Position numbers and translations under genes: made by a program. Below the pieces are notes generated by a model that saw only the letters and a program-made list of their open reading frames with translations, did not search any database and was not told where the DNA came from. This document shows, piece after piece, positions 16,576 to 25,030 of a stretch of DNA of 64,000 nucleotides. The stretch is from a virus (Duplodnaviria; Caudoviricetes). The stretch lies in IMG/VR virus record IMGVR_UViG_3300011116_001007. One strand, given 5' to 3'. Position 1 is the first letter of the stretch. Each line of letters begins with the position of its first letter.

Positions 16576-17741
16576 GTTCTGTCAGAAAAATAATTTTGCT
16601 TTTCTCCAACTCGATCAAGATCGGTGGTCATGCAATGCACTCCGCCGTCATAAAAATATATTTGTGGAATATCTATCACGTGAACGGTGATTCCATACTT
16701 CTCTAATTTAGAATTAAGTTGATCGTTTTTTACCAGAGTAATAACATTTTTTGTGTCAACCACCAGCATATTTACATCAAACACACTTTCCCCAGATGAT
16801 CCTACCCAAGAATCAAAGCTATTTTCTACTAGGTCTATCAACTCATCGTCGGTCTCGTGGCCTGGGTACCACCATCGATTTCGTATTCTCTTAGAGAGTT
16901 CTTTATGTGCTGCCATTGGGTTATTATTACGAACATATATAACTTCCCAGCCGGGAAAATACCTATCATAATCAATTACCAAGTCAGGATCGTCATGTGC
17001 AACAATTAGTCCTGGACAAATAACACAAAATATGCCATCTGTGTGACCGACTGAATCAATCATATGATTTCTGTAATCTGCAAATTCAGTATCATAGATG
17101 GTCTGACGCTTAGCCAAGTCACGATCTGCTGCCATTGTTCCAAAATACAGATCTTGTCCAATTCTATTTAATAGTCCGCCGTCGGACATTGCCCAGTCAA
17201 CAGTTTGATTTCCCTGCTGCTTGACAAGGTCTAATATATCACCATAACAATTGTTAAAATGAGTCAGCCAACCCATTTCTCCTGCCAAGTTAAAATGATC
17301 GTATGCTTCGTTTATTTGTGCAGTAGGAGCATGTGCTAAAAAATCATAAACACTATTGTATCTATCCCACGAAGGATCTGCTATGTTAGCGTAATATTTT
17401 TTCCAGTACTGATCGCTCCAATTCTGATAATAAAATTTATTGCCTATCATCATCATGGTATTACGAGGTTGTAATGGTGGACAAGGGCCAATTTGTTTTT
17501 TCTCATCAAAAGGATACTGAAAATTTACATTTGGTCTTAGTACCTGCACCCCGAGATCTTGCAATTTTTTTACTAATAATTTTAGTCCACTCTCAGTATC
17601 AATGGACATACATTCAAGCAAGCTTCTTAATCGTGGCTGTTTGATCCAAGAAAAATATTCAGGAGGAACTGTCTGCCCCACAATACAGGTTTGTAATGGA
17701 TCCCAATTCTGATGTATGCTAAACATTATTTTTTTGTTCAA
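16572..17741 (-). CDS. Amidinotransferase-family protein (divergent paralog)
   Basis: NWDPL..CIVG, QPRN, GHTDG, FDVNMLV, GGVHCMT. Confidence 0.85.
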   Translation of the reverse strand: MNKKIMFSIHQNWDPLQTCIVGQTVPPEYFSWIKQPRLRSLLECMSIDTESGLKLLVKKLQDLGVQVLRPNVNFQYPFDEKKQIGPCPPLQPRNTMMMIGNKFYYQNWSDQYWKKYYANIADPSWDRYNSVYDFLAHAPTAQINEAYDHFNLAGEMGWLTHFNNCYGDILDLVKQQGNQTVDWAMSDGGLLNRIGQDLYFGTMAADRDLAKRQTIYDTEFADYRNHMIDSVGHTDGIFCVICPGLIVAHDDPDLVIDYDRYFPGWEVIYVRNNNPMAAHKELSKRIRNRWWYPGHETDDELIDLVENSFDSWVGSSGESVFDVNMLVVDTKNVITLVKNDQLNSKLEKYGITVHVIDIPQIYFYDGGVHCMTTDLDRVGEKQNYFSDRT

Positions 17742-18744
17742 ACAATTGCTGACTGGCTAGATTCTTACCTTTGGCTTCAACTTGAATATCCCAATCGTCA
17801 CTAAAGGTCAATGCCCAGTCGTTCACAGCACGATTCCACATGAAGTCACTGTGTGCGCGAAGCTTTTGCTTGCGATATCCGCGATCAAGTAGTTGGTCGA
17901 GGTCAGGTCTGACAAGGGGATCGTGATCCACCAAAACGTCTTCACGACTAACACTGTAGTGAAGAACAGGACGAGTACCACGCCAAGACTCCAACACGCG
18001 ACGCGCCCTAGGGTCCACGGGTGTGATGTATTCACCGGTGCGGATCCAGTGGTGGTGGATGTCCAGCGTAAGAGCACAATGCTCAGCCACAGCCAAAGTA
18101 ACGTCGATACCATTTGTCATCTCATCATTCTCGATGGCAATTAAGTTTCTAGCTTCGGGAGTAAGTCTGCCCAAAGTACGTAGAAATTTAGCGGGGCCAC
18201 CTTTACCGCTTAAATGTACATTTATCTTGAAACCGTGATCATGCCAATTTTTTCCATAACCCATCCAACGAGCCATGTCCACATGATATTCAAATTCTAG
18301 TATGCTGCGTTCTACAATTTCGTCTGCTTCCGATGCCAGCACACAAAACTGTCCAGGATGAAAGCTCAGTCGCACACCCAGTCTGCGGGCAGTTTCACCA
18401 ACAGGGGCAAAGATACGAGCACAGTGATTTTGTATTTCTTGACGCTGCCACCAGTTGATCCATGACGGTTCAGTGTAGCCTTGCAGCATTTCACTGCCCA
18501 GTCGTACCATTCTGCGACCTTCAGGCAGCGTGGCCACACGTTCAATCAGTCTGACTGCTGCGGCAGCATTGTGATTCATTATGTCCCATTGACGCTGTTC
18601 TGCCTCGGCTGCATGCTCGCGGAGCCAGCGCATGGTGGTTGATCGGCCGTTTAGATCACGGTCCACAGCATTGACTTTCATGCCGCCACATTCGGACGGA
18701 TCATTGAGCCATTTGCAACAAAAACCAATTTGGGGTGTAGTCAT
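17719..18744 (-). CDS. uvsE: UV-damage endonuclease
   Basis: RLSFHPGQF, IENDE, LDIHHH, HYSVSR, KLRAHSD, VEAKGKNLA. Confidence 0.93.
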   Translation of the reverse strand: MTTPQIGFCCKWLNDPSECGGMKVNAVDRDLNGRSTTMRWLREHAAEAEQRQWDIMNHNAAAAVRLIERVATLPEGRRMVRLGSEMLQGYTEPSWINWWQRQEIQNHCARIFAPVGETARRLGVRLSFHPGQFCVLASEADEIVERSILEFEYHVDMARWMGYGKNWHDHGFKINVHLSGKGGPAKFLRTLGRLTPEARNLIAIENDEMTNGIDVTLAVAEHCALTLDIHHHWIRTGEYITPVDPRARRVLESWRGTRPVLHYSVSREDVLVDHDPLVRPDLDQLLDRGYRKQKLRAHSDFMWNRAVNDWALTFSDDWDIQVEAKGKNLASQQLFEQKNNV

Positions 18745-18750
18745 GCGTTA

Positions 18751-18779
18751 ATTATACGACACTTTAAGTATTGTGTCAA
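18751..18779 (-). promoter_or_regulatory. Consensus sigma70 promoter for uvsE
   Basis: TTGACA-17nt-TATAAT. Confidence 0.85.
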
Positions 18780-18805
18780 TCACATGTTGCGCCAAACCCA
18801 CACAG

Positions 18806-19717
18806 TTAAGTTCTTACCAAATCCAGCGTCACACAATGAAAGCCGCCGCCCAAAGTTCGGCTGTGGCGCAACTGCAATGGAATTACGGTAAAATTGTAGC
18901 TTTTTAATGTTTTGATCAATTCGGTTTGCGCTTGATCCACAATCACTGTGGCGGGATTGACCACCAACATGTTCATACCTATCCATTTTGAAGCATATGG
19001 ATATTGATAAAAGTCCTGTGCAACCACATCTGACACCCAAATTTTATGCCATCCATCAAACACTTGGGGCACATGGTCAAACCCTACCCTTGATGCATTG
19101 ATCATGACCAGGCCTTCTCTCAAGGGCATTATGGTGCTGTCAATATGCACACCTGAATAAAAATTGCACAGTTCTATTTTTACATCAGGAAATTGGTCAC
19201 ACAGCCAATTGTAAGCTGCGCGATTGCCCGACGGCGATTCCAAAAATAGCATGTGATCATTGAGTCGTAGCACATTGGCAGCATCCATGGTCATGCCTTC
19301 GTTCCTGGGCATAAACCGGTAGTGATCTGCACTGTCAACAATTTCATGATAACATTGCAATTCCATATCTCTGCAGGGATACATCATTGCAGGATCAACT
19401 ATGGTTGAACCATACACAAGCAGCCGATCACGTGGACAATAGTTGGAAAAACCATCATGCAATTGAAAGTTCAGCGGATCAGGACGCACTACTTCCACAC
19501 CCAGCTCAGTCAATGTTGAAGCCAGCTTGTCCAGGTCTTCATTGGTTTCATCAATGATTGTTTGTGGCACAGGCCCACTTGGAACTGGAGTCGCCGTCCA
19601 GGTGGTCTTTTTGCTTTCCTGGCTGAACACAGGATCATTAACTGGCCAATTGGCATTGGTGGCGGATCCAACTATTATTTTGCGTAATTGGCTCCACTCG
19701 TTAACACTTGATATCAT
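18806..19717 (-). CDS. Amidinotransferase (AGAT/StrB1-like)
   Basis: NEWSQLRKIIVG, CPRD, DAAN, VHID, IGMNML, LGGGFHCVTLDL. Confidence 0.92.
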   Translation of the reverse strand: MISSVNEWSQLRKIIVGSATNANWPVNDPVFSQESKKTTWTATPVPSGPVPQTIIDETNEDLDKLASTLTELGVEVVRPDPLNFQLHDGFSNYCPRDRLLVYGSTIVDPAMMYPCRDMELQCYHEIVDSADHYRFMPRNEGMTMDAANVLRLNDHMLFLESPSGNRAAYNWLCDQFPDVKIELCNFYSGVHIDSTIMPLREGLVMINASRVGFDHVPQVFDGWHKIWVSDVVAQDFYQYPYASKWIGMNMLVVNPATVIVDQAQTELIKTLKSYNFTVIPLQLRHSRTLGGGFHCVTLDLVRT

Positions 19718-20232
19718 ACATGCCCTGTAATTTGTAAGGTGTACCTGGGCTGAACACCCAAGTTGGCTGCCAGATGTGGAGTATCATAATGCCATTCTAC
19801 CACATCTCCTGCCAGCCACTCAGTAAATGGCCGGCCATCAAATTCAGCATAGTGTCCCGACTTCCAGTCTTCCATGTACACTATGGCTCGTCGTATTGTG
19901 GTTTCGCGGCCTTGCAAATCAAACAACTGTACATATCTTTTGTACAAGTCCTGATGTGTAGGAAGTATAGTGCCTGGCCGCATGCGGTAGTAACTGGTGC
20001 CAATGTCTTTCCATCCCATCTCAGTGTAAATTTCTAAGAATTTTTTATTGAAACTGGGTTGCGGTTGCCGCATGTCGCACATGTCGCCTGTGAATCGATT
20101 GGCAAACCCCAGGTCAAGCCAATATTGCAAGTTAGCTAGATCATTGAATTCTTCATTCAAATAATTCAGCTTTTTAAATTCATCATTCCAGAACACTGGA
20201 AGATGATATTTAAGCAGGTCTTGTGTTGCCAT
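19714..20232 (-). CDS. 2OG-Fe(II) oxygenase (Asp/Asn beta-hydroxylase-like)
   Basis: PGTILPTHQD ... TPHLAAN ... RYTLQITG. Confidence 0.8.
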   Translation of the reverse strand: MATQDLLKYHLPVFWNDEFKKLNYLNEEFNDLANLQYWLDLGFANRFTGDMCDMRQPQPSFNKKFLEIYTEMGWKDIGTSYYRMRPGTILPTHQDLYKRYVQLFDLQGRETTIRRAIVYMEDWKSGHYAEFDGRPFTEWLAGDVVEWHYDTPHLAANLGVQPRYTLQITGHV

Positions 20233-21463
20233 AATGAATCACAGTGACACCGTCGGCGGCCTTATTCAGTTTGCGCCAAGGATCCACAATAACGCTACCC
20301 CCAGGGATTGCACAATATGGCTGTGTGTCCAGTTGATCGCCGGTGTATTCATATGTGATCTTGCGATTGTGTGCCCACAGCACCACATGAGGCCCGTGCA
20401 ATTCTGCCACAACGTCAGCAGGGTCATCTGCCAAGGGGTCAAGATAAACAACTGAATGTCCCAGTTCTTTGATATAATGGCCTACCAAGGTGGAGTATGA
20501 TCCAATGCAATAAGGAACATCGGGCTTGTAGGCTTTGCCGTGTATGGCAATAGGCAAGTCTTCGCCTGTGATCCACCCGCTTGCTTGGTCCACCAAGAAC
20601 TGGGCTAGATTCTTTGCTTGAATTTCTCTAGCATGCATCACAGTATCAAACAAGTCGTAACCAATGTCATACTCTTTGGCCAGCCAACGCAAGGCAATGT
20701 TGTCTCGTGGATGACATGCACCTGCATCGCCCATGCCTGCTGTCATGTATTTGGGACCCATGATTCTCATGGTGCTACGTGCCAATGCATCTGTGACCAC
20801 ATCAACGTTGATATGTCCTATACGCAATGCAAAATCTTGAACCATATTGACCAGGCCTACTTTGGCACTGATAAATGTGTTGTAGAAAATCTTCATTGCT
20901 TCGCATTCGTCCCAGGTGCCAATTTCGTAACGTGGATCGTTTTGCATGATGGTTTTGTACAGGTCAATCAGCTCGCCAGCCAGTGCGTTAGGGTTGCCGT
21001 CATCGGTACCAATCATGACCATTTCAGGATTGACCATATCCCATTTGACCGAACCCATGGCAATCAAGTAAGGGTTGTACAAAAACTGATGCTGTGGATC
21101 CAGCAGTGGGAAAAACTTACGTCGGGTAGTGCCCGGTAACACTGTGCTGATCAGCACAATTTTTTTAGAACTTCTAGCATACTTGTTGACTTTTTGTATG
21201 GCATCAATCACAGCTTCGTGCCCAAAGTCTCTGGGTTCCATGTGGCTTGACGGCACAGACCCATCGTAGCCTTCAGCATGCGGTGTTGGCACAGCAATAA
21301 AAATCCATTCGCTCTCATTCACCAACTCTTCAATATCACAAACTTTTACCGAGTCACTGGTTCGTGGGTAAATATCGTAGCCTCTAACTTCATGCTTCTC
21401 TGCCATGACTTCGGCACAATCTAGTCCCAGTTTGCCAATGCCAATAAATCCAATTTTTTTCAT
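20210..21463 (-). CDS. ugd: UDP-glucose/GDP-mannose 6-dehydrogenase family
   Basis: GFIGIGKLG Rossmann motif, IAVPTP, KIFYNTF, GDAGACHPRD (catalytic Cys), GKAYKP. Confidence 0.9.
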   Translation of the reverse strand: MKKIGFIGIGKLGLDCAEVMAEKHEVRGYDIYPRTSDSVKVCDIEELVNESEWIFIAVPTPHAEGYDGSVPSSHMEPRDFGHEAVIDAIQKVNKYARSSKKIVLISTVLPGTTRRKFFPLLDPQHQFLYNPYLIAMGSVKWDMVNPEMVMIGTDDGNPNALAGELIDLYKTIMQNDPRYEIGTWDECEAMKIFYNTFISAKVGLVNMVQDFALRIGHINVDVVTDALARSTMRIMGPKYMTAGMGDAGACHPRDNIALRWLAKEYDIGYDLFDTVMHAREIQAKNLAQFLVDQASGWITGEDLPIAIHGKAYKPDVPYCIGSYSTLVGHYIKELGHSVVYLDPLADDPADVVAELHGPHVVLWAHNRKITYEYTGDQLDTQPYCAIPGGSVIVDPWRKLNKAADGVTVIHYGNTRPA

Positions 21464-22744
21464 ATGAGTGTTCCTTTAGATAGATTATATAATTTTTTGC
21501 ATGATGTTGTCAACCATGACATAACAATTTATCGCTTTTGGCCTCATGGTTCAAAAAAACTTGAGCATCTGAAACCTCTAGTAGAAAATAAGCATTGGTT
21601 TCTGCACATGACCAGTCCCACAGTAATTTTTCACGACCAAGAACCATTGAATTTTACTTACTGGACCACAGAAGACTTTGTTCAACACTGGAAAAATCAT
21701 GTGATCAATTATGAATTAAATCCTCTTTTGCATTTGAATACTGAACAAGCCAATTACCAAACGTCGTTGCATCTCAGAGGATTAATTGGTAAGAATTTGT
21801 ACGACTATGTTTTGCTTGTGCATTCGGAAAAAAATAGCAAAGCAATGGATACTTACTTTCAACATGGATTTTTGCCTGTGTATTACTGGGCACATGCCAT
21901 GATTGCCGCCGATTGGTTTAGATATGCTGTTCATGATCCTGTTCTGCAATACAATACTGACACGTTCACACAAGATTTTTTAATATACAATCGTGCCTGG
22001 TCGGGCACCAGAGAATACCGATTGTATTTTTTAGATCAATTGGTTCGGGCAGGGTTGACAAAACATTGCCGCACCAGTTTTGCTCCTGAAGATTCAGGAG
22101 TTCATTACAGTCAACATGCATTTGTTAACCCACAGTTGGCCATCAACTCCACTGAACTAGAAACAGTGTTGCCATTGAATACACACCATTCAGATGCCAG
22201 TGCTGATTATAACAATCAAGATTATGCACAAACAGGTATGGAAATTGTGTTGGAAACACTGTTTGATGATGATCGATGGCATCTCACAGAAAAAGCCCTG
22301 CGACCAATTGCTTGCGGCAAACCCTTTATGTTGGTTGCCACAGCTGGCAGTTTGAAATATCTTCGTAGTTACGGTTTTGAAACATTTGACGATTTTATTG
22401 ACGAGTCGTATGATCTTGAAACAGATCCTGTGGCTAGATTAACTGCTGTGATTCGAGAGATGGCTAGAATAAGCGCTCTCAGTTCCGCTGACAAAATTGT
22501 GCTATGGCATCGACTGCACCTGATTGCTGCCAGAAACAAACAGAGATTTTTTTCAGCTGAATGGCAAACCGGTATAGTGCAAGAATACCTTGACAATATG
22601 AATCAAGCCCTGACCACAGTCAATCAACACTGTACCGGAAAGCACTGGGAACAATTTCAAAATATAAATCGTGGCAGATCGCCGGATGAGATTGAGCAGA
22701 TATCATGCTATTTAAAGTCTAGACAAAATTCCATCCCAATCTGA
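21464..22744 (+). CDS. Glycosyltransferase-like protein ('TEK' motif family)
   Basis: IVLETL...LTEKALRPIACGKPFMLV...LRSYGFETF...DESYD. Confidence 0.55.
   Translation: MSVPLDRLYNFLHDVVNHDITIYRFWPHGSKKLEHLKPLVENKHWFLHMTSPTVIFHDQEPLNFTYWTTEDFVQHWKNHVINYELNPLLHLNTEQANYQTSLHLRGLIGKNLYDYVLLVHSEKNSKAMDTYFQHGFLPVYYWAHAMIAADWFRYAVHDPVLQYNTDTFTQDFLIYNRAWSGTREYRLYFLDQLVRAGLTKHCRTSFAPEDSGVHYSQHAFVNPQLAINSTELETVLPLNTHHSDASADYNNQDYAQTGMEIVLETLFDDDRWHLTEKALRPIACGKPFMLVATAGSLKYLRSYGFETFDDFIDESYDLETDPVARLTAVIREMARISALSSADKIVLWHRLHLIAARNKQRFFSAEWQTGIVQEYLDNMNQALTTVNQHCTGKHWEQFQNINRGRSPDEIEQISCYLKSRQNSIPI
21484..21513 (-). promoter_or_regulatory. Sigma70-type promoter for ugd inside the divergent gene
   Basis: TTGACA-18nt-TATAAT; AAGGA RBS at about 21473-21477. 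Confidence 0.65.
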
Positions 22745-23062
22745 AGACGGTTCATTTTCTTTAAATGCCATCACACGTTGCAGTAGATCTGTGTAAAATG
22801 TGTCTAGTTCTCCTCCCCACTTGCCCATGAGGCCTTGAATGGCCTGTTCACAATAGTTCCATTGCCGATCTCGGTAATATTGTATGAGATCTGCATGTAT
22901 CTTCTTGTGTGCATCTAACAGTGGAAATTCATTCAGTCCAATTTTTTCTACCACACACCAGGTGGGCATGATATCACCATTGGGCATGCGAAATGTGTCC
23001 AATTCCAAACAAGTGAAATTGCCAACAATGTTGTTGATAGAGTCTCCAAAAATAATGTTCAT
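22712..23062 (-). CDS. Hypothetical protein; C-terminus resembles the helical tail of class III cyclases
   Basis: YYRDRQWNYC...FY..LLQR...PSSDWDG. Confidence 0.55.
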   Translation of the reverse strand: MNIIFGDSINNIVGNFTCLELDTFRMPNGDIMPTWCVVEKIGLNEFPLLDAHKKIHADLIQYYRDRQWNYCEQAIQGLMGKWGGELDTFYTDLLQRVMAFKENEPSSDWDGILSRL

Positions 23063-23086
23063 TGTATTTCCTTTTAAATATGTATC

Positions 23087-23875
23087 ATGACATTTGTATT
23101 TGATTTAATTTCTGACCTACACATTGATTCCTGGGGAGAATTTTCCTGGGAATCTCAAGCCACCAGCCCTGTATGCATCGTAGCCGGCGATATTGGCCGA
23201 AATAGACCTGATGTGTTCAAAGCCTTGCATCACCTGGGACAATGTTACCAAGCGGTGTTTTATATTGACGGCAATGACGAACATGCAGGTCGCTTGGACA
23301 ATGTTGGCAAAAGCTATCTTGACCTGGCTCGAAAAATTGACAAGATTCCAAACGTGGTTTACCTCCAAGACAACATGGTAGTGGCCGACGGAGTGGCTAT
23401 CTTGGGCACAAATGGCTGGTGCGCTTTTGATTTTGATCTGGTACAAGATCCTGCCGAAGTAGAACGTTGGTGCCAAGAAGAATACAGCATCACTGAAGAT
23501 ATGACTCAAAAACTAGTTAAAATGGCCGGTACAGATGCTGCATACATGATGAATTCAGTCAAGCGACTGCAGACACATAGAGACGTTAAAAAAATTATCA
23601 TGGTTACCCATGTTGTTCCTGATCCTGCACTGATAGCACATGACATTGATCTAGTTGATACACCGCGATTCAATGTCATGGGCAATCGTTACATGATGCA
23701 GGCTCTTGCCGCTGATACTGAAAACAAAATTGACACATGGTGTTTTGGACACTATCATGGCTCAGTGGATCAAACTCGCAGTGGAATAAGATTTGTCAAC
23801 AACTGTAGAGGCAGGGCAGATGTACCATACGCTCGTCAAGTGTATCACCCCAAGCGCATAGTGATCGAATACTAA
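23087..23875 (+). CDS. Calcineurin-like metallophosphoesterase
   Basis: SDLH, AGD, GNDEH, THVVP, FGHYH. Confidence 0.9.
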   Translation: MTFVFDLISDLHIDSWGEFSWESQATSPVCIVAGDIGRNRPDVFKALHHLGQCYQAVFYIDGNDEHAGRLDNVGKSYLDLARKIDKIPNVVYLQDNMVVADGVAILGTNGWCAFDFDLVQDPAEVERWCQEEYSITEDMTQKLVKMAGTDAAYMMNSVKRLQTHRDVKKIIMVTHVVPDPALIAHDIDLVDTPRFNVMGNRYMMQALAADTENKIDTWCFGHYHGSVDQTRSGIRFVNNCRGRADVPYARQVYHPKRIVIEY

Positions 23876-24183
23876 CCCATGCTTTCAGGTTCTAGCTTGA
23901 TCTGCAGGGGAAATCCTTGTGCTCGAGCCAGCATGGTCACTTCCACACCTTTTTGTTCAGCAATTTCGTATGGCAATACTGCCACACATGCAGCGCCAGT
24001 TTGATGCACATCCACCGTGATCTGTTGGGCAGTTTCCACAGTGTAATTGAAATAATCGATCAGTGATTCAATCACAAATTCCATAGAAGTTTGATTGTCA
24101 TTGAGATAGACCACTTTGAACAATGGCGGTTCTTTGACAGCTTCTGATGGTTTAATTTTGGTACGGGTATCTGATTGCGACAT
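23872..24183 (-). CDS. clpS: Clp protease adaptor
   Basis: PPLFKVVYLND..T.MEFV, VH..G.A, YEIAEQK, GFPL; start re-placed at MSQSDT. Confidence 0.92.
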   Translation of the reverse strand: MSQSDTRTKIKPSEAVKEPPLFKVVYLNDNQTSMEFVIESLIDYFNYTVETAQQITVDVHQTGAACVAVLPYEIAEQKGVEVTMLARAQGFPLQIKLEPESMG

Positions 24184-24240
24184 ATTGGTTCCTATGTAGA
24201 AGTGTGCAACACCATGTTGCACACTCTATGTTTTATTATA

Positions 24241-24693
24241 TTACTTAGCGTAAGAAATAGCGATCGTCTTGGGCTTTTGTGCCTCAGGAATATCACGTAC
24301 AAGGTGAATATTCAAGATTCCCAGTTCCAAGTGTGCATGGTCTATTTCCACATGATCAGCCAGTTTGAATTCACGACGGAAATCTCTTGCGCTAATACCC
24401 TTGTGTAGATAGTTAATGTCAGGTAAATCTTCTTCCTTGATTGTGTTCTTACCCTCAATGACCAGGATGTTTTTGTCCTTGGTCACTGTCAAATTGTCCA
24501 GGGCAAATCCAGCCACAGCCAAACTGATCATGTATTCGTCCTCGTTGATTTGGACCACATTGTATGGAGGGTAATTTGTGCCAGACTGTTGAGAGTGTAT
24601 GCGATTCAGCTCATCAAACATGTGGTCGAAACCAATACCAAATTTGGTGAGTGCTGGAATATCCAGGGCGCGAAGATGTAAAGTTTTTGTCAT
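24241..24693 (-). CDS. hsp20: Small heat-shock protein (IbpA/Hsp20)
   Basis: IGFD, NYPPYNV, LAVAGF, YLHKGISARDFRREFKLAD, GILNI, IPEAQKPKTIAI. Confidence 0.95.
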   Translation of the reverse strand: MTKTLHLRALDIPALTKFGIGFDHMFDELNRIHSQQSGTNYPPYNVVQINEDEYMISLAVAGFALDNLTVTKDKNILVIEGKNTIKEEDLPDINYLHKGISARDFRREFKLADHVEIDHAHLELGILNIHLVRDIPEAQKPKTIAISYAK

Positions 24694-24759
24694 TTGTTTT
24701 CTCCTTTAATAAGCAAGTATGACGTTTTGAGTAGACCCCACCATGGGCATCTACAAGTG
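24694..24759 (-). promoter_or_regulatory. ROSE-like RNA thermometer leader of hsp20
   Basis: GUAGAUGCCC-AUGGU-GGGGUCUAC hairpin followed by CUUGCUUAUUAAAGGAG SD-occluding hairpin. Confidence 0.75.
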
Positions 24760-24790
24760 TATTTATACAGGAAATCTCAATGGTTGTCAA
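24760..24790 (-). promoter_or_regulatory. Dual sigma70/late promoter of hsp20
   Basis: TTGACA-17nt-TATAAA; the -10 is also a full TATAAATA. Confidence 0.8.
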
Positions 24791-25028
24791 GACTCATTGG
24801 CTCAATTATTCTATAATCCACAGTTTTTACAGTGGGATTCCAGGTCAGCGCAAAAAAACTATACATATCATCAGGCTCCAAAACCACACGCTTGACATAT
24901 TTTACTGTTTTGGTTTGATAAGTTATGTTGTATTTTTTGCTCCAGGTGTCTAGCTCTGCGCCCAATACCATCCAGGCCCAGGTGTACGCTTCTTTGGATT
25001 TTGATGGCAAATCAAAAGCAATGTACAT
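24777..25028 (-). CDS. Hypothetical protein
   Basis: ORF track; abuts clpX. Confidence 0.7.
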   Translation of the reverse strand: MYIAFDLPSKSKEAYTWAWMVLGAELDTWSKKYNITYQTKTVKYVKRVVLEPDDMYSFFALTWNPTVKTVDYRIIEPMSLDNH

Positions 25029-25030
25029 GA

